The position numbers were made by a program, and so were the translations under genes. Below are positions 1 through 8,104 of a stretch of DNA of 64,000 bases, piece after piece (the first letter of the stretch is position 1; each line of letters opens with the position of its first letter). This DNA comes from an uncultured Methanosarcinales archaeon. GTDB taxonomy: Archaea; Nanobdellota; Nanobdellia; Woesearchaeales; CAIVOO01. The notes beneath the pieces are model-generated. The model searched no databases. It was not told the DNA's origin and saw only the letters and a program-made list of their open reading frames with translations. The DNA lies in the NCBI GenBank assembly GCA_964485195.1, contig CAZAIK010000004.1:33673-97672 (forward strand). Reading direction: 5' to 3'.

Positions 1-158
1 TTATTTTCTCCTTGTCAGGAAAATGAAGCTCTTGTGCAGCATCATCCTCTTCAGCCAGCCCAGGCTCAATCTTGAACGCAATTTCAGAAGTGGAGTGCTC
101 CTTGCCGGGCTCTTTTTGGAATATTTCAAGGATCTTGAACTCAGTATCATTCATTGTT
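1..158 (-). CDS. Partial CDS (3' end runs off the window). N-terminus MNDTEFKILEIFQKEPGKEHSTSEIAFKIEPG looks like a winged-helix/HTH domain.
   Basis: Reverse-complement ORF with ATG at 156-158 preceded by GGGGGTG (SD-like). HTH-like pattern. No stop codon inside the window. Confidence 0.35.
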
Positions 159-176
159 TCAGCACCCCCTGAAACA
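155..176. promoter_or_regulatory. Inverted repeat TGTTTCAG-N6-CTGAAACA overlapping the start of the minus-strand gene. Candidate Lrp/AsnC operator.
   Basis: Perfect 8-bp arms seen directly. A second copy lies at 221-241. Confidence 0.35.
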
Positions 177-190
177 ATATATATTGTTTT

Positions 191-200
191 TATATATAAA
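191..200. promoter_or_regulatory. TATA-like box (TATATATAAA) in the divergent intergenic region.
   Basis: AT-rich archaeal TATA consensus between divergent genes. Confidence 0.3.
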
Positions 201-220
201 TCTTTGCAATCCACTAGTTT

Positions 221-241
221 GTTTCAGAAAAATCCTGAAAC
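221..241. promoter_or_regulatory. Inverted repeat GTTTCAG-N7-CTGAAAC, second copy of the candidate operator.
   Basis: Perfect 7-bp arms, about 70 nt upstream of the Lrp start at 310. Confidence 0.35.
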
Positions 242-309
242 TTCAGAGATTCTTTATAAAAAAGGTTTATTTAGCAATTAACCTCACAAATAAGAATTCA
301 GGGGGTAAA

Positions 310-774
310 ATGCAGAACATGAACACAAAAGACTTGCAAATCATAGCCCATCTCAGGAATAACGCCCGCATGCCCCTCACGACCATGAGCAGGAAAACAA
401 GCATTCCAGTGTCGACGCTTTTTGACAGGCTCAAGGCAAATGAAAAGGAACTGATAACAAAGCACACAGCATTGATAGACTTCGCGAAACTGGGTTACGG
501 AATCAGGACAAGCATAGCGCTCAAAGCCGAAAGGGAAGACAAGGAAAAGCTAAAGCAGTTTCTGGTCAACCACCATTTAGTAAACTCAGTGTATAAGGTA
601 AGCAATGATTATGACTTCATACTGGAAGGAATATTCAGGGAGATAAAAGAAATGGAGCAGTTCTTTGATGATATGGAGAATTCATTCAGCATTTCTGACA
701 AAAAAATCTTGTTCATAACAGAAGACCTGAAAAGAGAGTCATTCCTCAGCGACCCCCGCCTGATATTCGGATAA
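310..774 (+). CDS. Lrp/AsnC-family transcriptional regulator (HTH plus RAM/ACT-like domain).
   Basis: N-terminal HTH segment (IIAHLRNNARMPLTTMSRKTSIPVSTLFDRLKANEKELI) followed by LIDFAKLGYGIRTSIALKAE, typical of the Lrp RAM domain. GGGGGTAAAATG ribosome-binding site. Confidence 0.8.
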   Translation: MQNMNTKDLQIIAHLRNNARMPLTTMSRKTSIPVSTLFDRLKANEKELITKHTALIDFAKLGYGIRTSIALKAEREDKEKLKQFLVNHHLVNSVYKVSNDYDFILEGIFREIKEMEQFFDDMENSFSISDKKILFITEDLKRESFLSDPRLIFG

Positions 775-902
775 TGATTAATTCTTCCAGAATATTTTCA
801 GGAATTCTTAAACAACCCATATAAATCATTTTCTCTTTTCCCTGAGAATGAAAAGCCCTGAATGCTACATCCTTGGCATAAGGAAGCTTGAAGTGAAGGA
901 GA

Positions 903-1334
903 ATGGCGACAGAAAAAGAAAGACTATTGCTACAGCATCTGAGGCAGAATTCCCGGAAAAGCCTGACTAAGATAAGCAGGGAAACAGGCATTCCAGTGTC
1001 CACACTGTTTGACATTCTGAAAAGATTAGAGACGCGTTTCATACAAAAGCACGTTTCTCTCATTGATTTTTCAAAATTAGGATACGGGCTGAGAATAAAC
1101 TTTGCAATGAGCGCGAAAAAGAAAAAACAGCTGAAAGAATTCCTGATGAACCATCCAAACATAAATTCTTTATTCTCCTCAATTAACGGCCAGGATTTTT
1201 ACGCTGAATGCGTATTCAGAAGCCTGAAAGAATTCACTGAATTCAAGTCAGGGCTTGAACAGTTTGAAATGGAGAACGTGCAGGAAACATTTGTGGTGGA
1301 AGAGCTGAAAAGAGAGGGATTCATATTAAGCTAA
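903..1334 (+). CDS. Second Lrp/AsnC-family regulator, tandem paralog.
   Basis: LLQHLRQNSRKSLTKISRETGIPVSTLFDILKRLE ... LIDFSKLGYGLRINFAMSAKK, clearly paralogous to the 310..774 protein. Confidence 0.8.
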   Translation: MATEKERLLLQHLRQNSRKSLTKISRETGIPVSTLFDILKRLETRFIQKHVSLIDFSKLGYGLRINFAMSAKKKKQLKEFLMNHPNINSLFSSINGQDFYAECVFRSLKEFTEFKSGLEQFEMENVQETFVVEELKREGFILS

Positions 1335-1339
1335 AAAAA

Positions 1340-1939
1340 TCAGGCTTTTTTGAATGAGAAAAAATATGTTCTGTTGTTTGGATCATCCTGTATTCCTGAA
1401 ACAAGTATCTCCAGGTTTGGATAATCCTTAATGACATTTTCAGATGCTATTGCAGCGATATTGTTTGCACTTTCTTCGCTTACAGCCCTGGCAGCCTCCG
1501 AAGTTGTATAAGCCACTTTTTCACCGTTAACATAATAGGAAGTTATAAGTTTGGCAGAGCTTCTTCGGAGATATTCCGAGCACTGCTGCGCAGCTTTTGG
1601 GTGAGTTAGTGTTTCTTCAATGTCCCCTGTGCGCGCTCCCTTCAGCCCTATAATGTTCATCCTGACAGGTATGAGAAATTCGTCAACTTTCACTATTCTC
1701 TTGTCTCTCAAGGCAATGGAGTTCCCTGTCAATTCAAAATCAATAACCCTTTTTGTCTGCTCAACCGGTCCTGAGGACGAATTGAAATAAGGAAGGATTC
1801 CCTGATCGACTTCTTCATCAATAACTGACTGCAGCACTTGGCTGACATCTGAACAGAATAATGTTTCAGGCATTTTATACCTTTTCAACACAGCTTCTTC
1901 AGAGAAGCTTCCTTTTGGTCCCAGTGTCGCGATTTTCAT
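1340..1939 (-). CDS. Prephenate (or arogenate) dehydratase catalytic domain only. No ACT regulatory domain.
   Basis: MKIATLGPKGSFSEEA matches the PDT N-terminal motif. At 199 aa it ends before any ACT domain. Paralog of the full-length PheA at 7280. Confidence 0.7.
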   Translation of the reverse strand: MKIATLGPKGSFSEEAVLKRYKMPETLFCSDVSQVLQSVIDEEVDQGILPYFNSSSGPVEQTKRVIDFELTGNSIALRDKRIVKVDEFLIPVRMNIIGLKGARTGDIEETLTHPKAAQQCSEYLRRSSAKLITSYYVNGEKVAYTTSEAARAVSEESANNIAAIASENVIKDYPNLEILVSGIQDDPNNRTYFFSFKKA

Positions 1940-2025
1940 ATTGAACAGAGAAATTTTTTATTTAATAACTGCTTCTGCAAAAAGACCGAAAATATTATGG
2001 TAACATCCAGAAGCTTTCCAGTTTT

Positions 2026-3711
2026 TTGTCGGGAATCCATTTTAATCAAAATAATAATTATTTTCTCATGGGGCACGAAACAATAAGGGACGTCAGAAAG
2101 CTTTTCCTCAACAGGGATAATATGGACGAATTCATTCGTTTAACAATCGGCGCCTTGACAGAGATGGTTAACTGGTATACCGGAATCGAGATTGAAAATA
2201 ATTTGAAGATTAATCCAGGCGATTACAAAAATGTGGGGGTGCACAATGGCTGTTCTGTTGAGGAGGCAGGCAAAAGAACAATAGAGCGGATACCGGAAGA
2301 GCTGCCAAAACAGCTGACTGAATCCTTAAACAGTGAACTTGAAGAGATAGTGAATTTCCTGAAAAACGAAATAAGGTTCAATGAGAATTTTATGGGCCAG
2401 ATGCACCCCTCCCAAAACATCGCTTCCTACGCTGCAGGAATAGCGGCTAAGTTTGTGAATGGAAATACCGTTACAGGCAGTGTTTCAAGGGCCACATCCC
2501 AGATTGAGCAAAACAGGGCAGTGCGTTGGCTTTGTGAAATTTTGGGGTATTCCCCTGAAAAAGCATCTGGCACCATTGTTTCAGGGGGGACAAAAGCAAA
2601 TTTAACAGCCCTGGTGATAGCAAGGAACCGTGCATTGTTCCATCTTCAGGAAATAAACAACGAACCGTTTGAGCAGTACCTGTTAACACCTGAGCAAATC
2701 CTGGATTTTAGCGAAAAAAGCTCTGCAATTATGGAAAACCACGGGGTTGCTAAAGTGGGAATGCAGGCGGTTAAGCCAAAGTGCGTCTTATACATGCCGG
2801 AAACAGCACATTACAGCCTTGTGCAGATACCCAATTTTATCGGGTTGGGAATTTCAAATATCAGGAAAATAAAAACAGACAAGAACCACAAAATAATAAT
2901 CCACGAGCTGACAAGACAGATAGAGCTGGACAAGTCAAGGGGAAATTACATAATAGGAATTATAGGTATTGCAGGAACAACAGAGGCGGGGGCTGTGGAT
3001 GACTTGGAATCTCTTGCAGGCATTGCTGAGGCATATAATCTTCACTTTCATATCGATGCGGCACATGGGGGTCCTTTCAGGATGGTGAGGCCAAACTTGT
3101 TCAAGGGGATGGAAAGGGCGGATACTATAACAGTAGACCCTCATAAAATGCTTTATTCACATTACAATGCGGGAGCTTTGCTTGTTAAGAACAAGGAATT
3201 CCTGAACCTGCTCAAGGCAAAAGCAGGATATCTGTTTGACAATGGTGTTTTAAACATAGGTGAGAACAGGATTGCCTGCTCAATGGGGCTGGAATCAGCC
3301 CTGCAAACATATGCTTCGCTGAAAGTTTTTGGTGAGGAAGGCTTGAAAGCACTTCTGAACCACAGCTTGGAGCTCACACAGAATTTTAAGAAGGTTATAG
3401 ATGCAGACAAAGACGAGGTGGGGAGGCACATCAAGCTTGTCAATCCCGAGCCGGACCTTAACCTGCTTTGTTTCAGGTATGAGAACACGGATTTAAGCAA
3501 AGAGGAACTGGACAGAATAAACAAGGAAGCCCAGCGCAGGCTTGAAGAGGAGGGAAAGTTCTATTTTTCAAGCGACAATATGAGCTACAGGCGGGGCATT
3601 GCAGTTCTCAGGGCTGTAATGATGAATCCCTTCACTACGGATGAAATTGTAAAATCGGCCTATGAGAGAACGAAGGACCTGATGTTGGAGGTGAAGAATG
3701 AGGGATTATGA
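2026..3711 (+). CDS. Group II pyridoxal-phosphate-dependent amino-acid decarboxylase, possibly aromatic/tyrosine decarboxylase-like. Unusually long at 561 aa.
   Basis: Motifs SGGTKANLTALVIARNR, HIDAAHGGPF and TVDPHKMLYSHY (PLP-lysine). The first codon is TTG; ATG at 2068 is an alternative start. The end overlaps the TyrRS start by 14 nt. Confidence 0.75.
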   Translation: MSGIHFNQNNNYFLMGHETIRDVRKLFLNRDNMDEFIRLTIGALTEMVNWYTGIEIENNLKINPGDYKNVGVHNGCSVEEAGKRTIERIPEELPKQLTESLNSELEEIVNFLKNEIRFNENFMGQMHPSQNIASYAAGIAAKFVNGNTVTGSVSRATSQIEQNRAVRWLCEILGYSPEKASGTIVSGGTKANLTALVIARNRALFHLQEINNEPFEQYLLTPEQILDFSEKSSAIMENHGVAKVGMQAVKPKCVLYMPETAHYSLVQIPNFIGLGISNIRKIKTDKNHKIIIHELTRQIELDKSRGNYIIGIIGIAGTTEAGAVDDLESLAGIAEAYNLHFHIDAAHGGPFRMVRPNLFKGMERADTITVDPHKMLYSHYNAGALLVKNKEFLNLLKAKAGYLFDNGVLNIGENRIACSMGLESALQTYASLKVFGEEGLKALLNHSLELTQNFKKVIDADKDEVGRHIKLVNPEPDLNLLCFRYENTDLSKEELDRINKEAQRRLEEEGKFYFSSDNMSYRRGIAVLRAVMMNPFTTDEIVKSAYERTKDLMLEVKNEGL

Positions 3712-4915
3712 GCTGGAGAGAATAATAGAGGAGCTTCAGAGGGGAGCTGTGGACTTCATCACGGACAAAGAGCTAGCTTGGAAATTCATCTCTGCTGAAA
3801 AGGAAAGGAGGTCTGTTGTTGTTAAATATGGTGTTGACCCCACTGCGCCTGAGGTACACATCGGCCATACCGTGACTTTGAGGAAATTAAGGCAGTTCCA
3901 GGATTTTGGCCAGCAAGTGACATTTTTGATAGGGGATTTTACCGCGAGAATTGGCGATCCTTCAGGAAAGGATGATGCAAGGAAGCCGATGACGGAAGAA
4001 GAGGTGGCTTCAAATGCAGAAACCTACAAAAAGCAGATATTCAAGATATTAAACCCTGAAAAAACAAACATCGTGTACAATAGTAGCTGGCTCAAACAGC
4101 TTATGCTTGAAAACTGCCTTAAGCTTTTGGGGAGCGGAACTATCAATGACCTGATAAAAAGGAGATCGTTTGCAAAAAGGTTTGAGGAAGGAAAGCCGGT
4201 GTCGGCAATAGAATTAGTATACCCTTTTCTGCAGGGCTACGACTCTGTTTTCTTGAATTCAGATGTTGAGGTAGGAGGAACAGACCAGTACTTCAACCTT
4301 GTTTTCGCGAGGGAATTGCAGAAAAAATATGGGCAGGAGCCTCAAGCAGTAATCACAATGCCCCTCCTTGAGGGGCTTGACGGCGACGAAAAGATGAGCA
4401 AGAGTCTTGGCAATCACGTGGGGATTGATGAGGACCCAAAAACAATGTATGCAAAAATAATGTCCTCAAATGACAGGGTGATGTTCAAGTATTTCAGGCT
4501 GCTCACCCAAATCCCCCTTTCAGATGTGGAGAAACTGGAAAAAGAGGTGGAAAAGGGAAGCTTACACCCGATGGATGTGAAGATGAAACTTGCTTTTGAT
4601 ATTGTTTCGCAGTATCATGGAAACCCGCAGGCTGGCCAGGCGCAGGAAGAGTTTATCAACATCCACAGGCACAAACAAACACCCTCCGAGATGCCGACAT
4701 ATTTCCTTGAATCGGGAAAGCCGGCAACCATAGCGGACGTACTGGTTGAGGGGGGCATTGCAAGCTCAAAAAGCCAGGCAAGAAGGCTGGTCCAGCAAAG
4801 AGGCGTGAGACTTAATAACATAACACTTGAAGATGCGGACAGGCCAATTGAGTTTGAAGACGGGGACACAATCAACGTAGGGAAAAGAAGGTATCTTCAG
4901 TTGAAGTATAAATAG
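3698..4915 (+). CDS. tyrS: Tyrosyl-tRNA synthetase, bacterial type, with a C-terminal S4-like RNA-binding domain.
   Basis: HIGH motif (PEVHIGHTV), KMSKS, FLIGDFTARIGDPSGK, LQGYD, and a C-terminal S4-like segment (SKSQARRLVQQRGVRLNN). 405 aa. Confidence 0.85.
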   Translation: MRDYELERIIEELQRGAVDFITDKELAWKFISAEKERRSVVVKYGVDPTAPEVHIGHTVTLRKLRQFQDFGQQVTFLIGDFTARIGDPSGKDDARKPMTEEEVASNAETYKKQIFKILNPEKTNIVYNSSWLKQLMLENCLKLLGSGTINDLIKRRSFAKRFEEGKPVSAIELVYPFLQGYDSVFLNSDVEVGGTDQYFNLVFARELQKKYGQEPQAVITMPLLEGLDGDEKMSKSLGNHVGIDEDPKTMYAKIMSSNDRVMFKYFRLLTQIPLSDVEKLEKEVEKGSLHPMDVKMKLAFDIVSQYHGNPQAGQAQEEFINIHRHKQTPSEMPTYFLESGKPATIADVLVEGGIASSKSQARRLVQQRGVRLNNITLEDADRPIEFEDGDTINVGKRRYLQLKYK

Positions 4916-5134
4916 ATGAACAAGCAGGGATTCAGCCACTTGTTAAAGCATTCCGAAGAGTTAAAGATTGTTTCTTTTTTTGAGAAGATAAAGAACCTCG
5001 TTGACTCTGTTGACATAGTCATTGACTGCCCCCTTCGGTTGTTGCGAAACCATATGAAAACATCCTGGAGATTCCCGGAAATAATCCGTAAAGCAAGGGC
5101 CAATTCTTTTTAACTTAAAAGAACAGAAAAAATC

Positions 5135-5868
5135 ATGAAAAAGTCAGATATTTTGATTGTAGGAACAGGAATCGCAGGAAGCCTGGCAGCTTATGAACTC
5201 CAAAAAATAGGGATAGATTATACATTAATAACTGAACAGGCAAATCCCCTCAGAAATGTCTCCAGCCTGAGCTTCGGCCATTTCAGGATTGCACGCATTG
5301 GCGAACTGGAGCAGTTTGTGAAAAGATGTGTTTTTGAGTTGGGGGAGGATGAGGAAAAAATGATGCTGGTGTATTCCAACAGCCATCTGACCTCTAGATT
5401 ACTGGGTGAGTTGGGGATGCCATTTGAAAAAAGGAGTTTTGGAGTCATCCCCACAACAAAGGGAAGGGGAGGGGCGTGCTTGTTGGCGAAACAGTCAGAA
5501 AAGGCTCGTTTGTTGATGAAAACGGAAAAGCGGTATTTGACAGGAGAACAGAGAAAATGCTGAAGCAGGATAATTACCACGAAATATTTCCTCAGATAAC
5601 AGAGCGAATCAGAACAAGGGAAAAACAAGGCCACAAGGTTTATTTTATGCAAGGGGATAATATGATTCCCATAACCCCCTATGTTCATTACACTGCGGGA
5701 GGGATTAAAACAGACAGGCTAGGCAGGGTTGAAGGGTGTGAAGACCTTTTTGCAGTGGGTGAATGCCAGGCCAACGGATTCAAAAACAACGGCAGGCTTC
5801 CTGGATATCCCTTCACATCCGCGGTTGTTTACTCAAAAATCCTGGCAGAATATTTCAGTAAGATTTAA
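5135..5868 (+). pseudogene. Frameshifted, miniature FAD-dependent oxidoreductase related to L-aspartate oxidase / succinate dehydrogenase flavoprotein.
   Basis: ORF 5135..5563 carries the N-terminal DILIVGTGIAGSLAAYEL FAD-binding site. ORF 5476..5868 in another frame carries HYTAGGI and LFAVGECQANG...NNGRLPGY. The capping domain is missing; the two pieces total about 245 aa against roughly 500 expected. Confidence 0.5.
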
Positions 5869-6037
5869 ATATGACATATGAGTAACAATGAATATGAGCA
5901 AAGCAGGCAAACAGAATTTGAATGAGTTTGCTAGCCAGTACTCTGGGTTCTATTATTTTTATTGAACAGGGATTCTCTTTTTAGTAGGAATCCCATCACA
6001 AGAAACCTAGAGCCAGCACTATAAAAAAAGTTTGGAG

Positions 6038-6162
6038 CCTCGCTTAGCTCAACGGCAGAGCGTTCGGCTGTAGAAAACACAAGACAAGGTCCCTTATGGG
6101 GTGAGAATGAAATGTGTTCAGCTGATACCGAAAGGTTGCCAGTTCAAATCTGGCAGCGGGGA
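6038..6162 (+). tRNA. tRNA-Tyr (anticodon GUA) with a 53-nt intron at the canonical 37/38 position (6074..6126). C1-G72 pair and A73 discriminator.
   Basis: Cloverleaf folded by hand. Acceptor CCTCGCT/AGCGGGG, D-stem GCTC/GAGC, anticodon stem TTCGG/CCGAA, loop CTGTAG|A, T-arm GCCAG-TTCAAAT-CTGGC. Confidence 0.75.
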
Positions 6163-6177
6163 TACGGAGGTAACAAA

Positions 6178-6450
6178 ATGGAGCTGAAAGAAATAAGAGA
6201 GCACCTGGACAGGCTGGACAATGCGCTTGTCTGGATTTTGGCAGAAAGGATGAGTTTTATTCCGAAGGTTGCGGAATTTAAAGCAAAAAACAAGATGGAG
6301 AGGTACCAGCCCGAGAGGGAAAAGGCAATTCTGGAATCAAAGAAAAAACTGGCAGAACAGCAGGGGGTTAATCCGGCTTTGGCAGAGGGCCTGTTCAAAA
6401 GGATTATAGAGGACGCCCACCGCATCGAAGAGGGAATAATAGGAAAATGA
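6178..6450 (+). CDS. Chorismate mutase, AroQ class.
   Basis: MELKEIREHLDRLDNALVWILAERMSF is the typical CM motif. Starts 16 nt after the tRNA-Tyr 3' end. Its stop overlaps the next start. Confidence 0.8.
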   Translation: MELKEIREHLDRLDNALVWILAERMSFIPKVAEFKAKNKMERYQPEREKAILESKKKLAEQQGVNPALAEGLFKRIIEDAHRIEEGIIGK

Positions 6451-7283
6451 GGCCAGAAACAATCTCAATCATCGGCGGAACCGGCAAGATGGGCAGTATG
6501 TTCAGGAACATCTTTGAGAAAGAAGGATACAAAGTTGTTGTTAGCGGAAAAAACACAGAGATAAGCCCTGAAGAGGCAGCTGCCAAAGGAGATGTTGTAA
6601 TAGTCACGGTTCCCATAAGGAAGACAATCGAAACAATCAAGAAAATAGGGCCCCATGTTAAAAAAGAAGCTCTCCTGACTGATTTTACCTCAGTGAAGGT
6701 GGAGCCTGTCAAGGTAATGCTTGAGAGTTCTGAAGCAGATGTCATTGGGGGGCATCCTGTTTTCGGCCCCACGGTTAAACTGAAGGGACAGTATTATGTC
6801 TTATGCCCTGCCCGGGGAGAACGATACCTTGGCTGGTTCAAGGGATTTCTGGAAGGGAGGGGTTGCAAGGTAATCATCAAGACCCCAGAAGACCATGACA
6901 AGACTATGGGGATAATCCAGTGCTTAACCCATCTGAGTGTAATTGCAATGGGAGGGGTTTTAAAGAGTATGAACATCGATATAGGTAAAACACTTGAGCT
7001 TGCATCCCCAATCTACAAGATGAGAATAGGAATAGTGGGAAGGATACTCAATCAGGACCCCGAACTTTACTCCGACATCCAGATTTACAACTCAAGCTCT
7101 ATGGAGATAGGAGAGGAATACAAAAAATCAATTGAAAAGCTCCTGAAGATAATTGAAGCAAGGGACTTGCAGGCATTTGACAGGTTTTTCAAAGAAGCGA
7201 AAGAATATCTTGGGGACTTTTGCAAACAGGCGCAGGAGGAAAGCGATTATATGCTTAAAAAACTGGCTGAGAGGGAAAAGTGA
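6447..7283 (+). CDS. tyrA: Prephenate dehydrogenase.
   Basis: N-terminal Rossmann motif IIGGTGKMGSMF. GGHPVFGP. Overlaps its neighbours by 4 nt on both sides. Confidence 0.8.
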   Translation: MRPETISIIGGTGKMGSMFRNIFEKEGYKVVVSGKNTEISPEEAAAKGDVVIVTVPIRKTIETIKKIGPHVKKEALLTDFTSVKVEPVKVMLESSEADVIGGHPVFGPTVKLKGQYYVLCPARGERYLGWFKGFLEGRGCKVIIKTPEDHDKTMGIIQCLTHLSVIAMGGVLKSMNIDIGKTLELASPIYKMRIGIVGRILNQDPELYSDIQIYNSSSMEIGEEYKKSIEKLLKIIEARDLQAFDRFFKEAKEYLGDFCKQAQEESDYMLKKLAEREK

Positions 7284-8104
7284 AAACAGGTACATTAGGG
7301 CCCAGGGGAAGCTTCAGCGAAATTGCTGCCAGGAGGCATGATAAACAAACAGAAATTGTTTTCTTCAGGCATATCTATGAGATTTTTGATGCTGTTAGAA
7401 ATGCAGAGGTTGATGAGGGTGTAGTTCCCATTGAAAATATGATTGAAGGCACGGTCAGGGAAGTGCTTGACAGGTTGTATGAGAACGACTTGAAAATCAT
7501 CAAGGAAGTGATCGTTCCGATACACCACTGCCTGGCAGCCCAATCTGATGATTTCAGCAAAATAATCTCGCACCCCCAGGCACTGGCACAGTGCTCTGTT
7601 TTTCTGAAGCAGCATAAGGAAAAATATGTTGAAGTGGAAGAAACAACAAGCACCTCAAAAGCCATGGAGATTGCTGGGGAAAATCTGGAATGCGCAGCCA
7701 TTGGCTCTCCAAGGGCGGCAGAGTTGAATAACCTCAAAATTATAGGCACAGAGATTGAGAATAACGAGAGAAATGCAACAAGATTTATCATAATCAGCAG
7801 GACCCAGGAGGAAAGAAAACAGGAAGACGCGAAGTTCAAAACGAGCATAGCGCTGCATCCTGCTGAAGACCGCCCGGGCCTTTTGTTTGATATTCTCGCT
7901 ATCTTTAAAATACAAAATGTCAACCTCACAAAAATAGAGTCAAGGCCCACTGAAAAAAAGCTGGGGGAGTACATATTTTACATTGACTTTGAAGGACATC
8001 GGCAGGATGAAAATATAAAACCTGTAATAGATTTCTTAAAATCAATTGTTCCAACCATAAAAATATTCGGGAGCTATGAAACAGAGAATGACAGTCAGCA
8101 ATAA
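7280..8104 (+). CDS. pheA: Prephenate dehydratase with a C-terminal ACT domain.
   Basis: TLGPRGSFSE, HPQALAQC, and a C-terminal ACT domain (GLLFDILAIFKIQNVNLTKIESRP). GTG start. Confidence 0.85.
   Translation: MKTGTLGPRGSFSEIAARRHDKQTEIVFFRHIYEIFDAVRNAEVDEGVVPIENMIEGTVREVLDRLYENDLKIIKEVIVPIHHCLAAQSDDFSKIISHPQALAQCSVFLKQHKEKYVEVEETTSTSKAMEIAGENLECAAIGSPRAAELNNLKIIGTEIENNERNATRFIIISRTQEERKQEDAKFKTSIALHPAEDRPGLLFDILAIFKIQNVNLTKIESRPTEKKLGEYIFYIDFEGHRQDENIKPVIDFLKSIVPTIKIFGSYETENDSQQ

Noticed and set aside
72-281. Plus-strand 69-aa ORF at the window start
   Set aside because: It overlaps the start of the real minus-strand gene and the divergent promoter with its palindromes. It has low-complexity composition and no RBS.
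5218-5688. 156-aa minus-strand ORF
   Set aside because: It is antisense to the FAD-oxidoreductase remnant and has no motif. Spurious.
7375-7974. 199-aa minus-strand ORF
   Set aside because: It lies entirely antisense within pheA, which carries strong conserved motifs on the plus strand.
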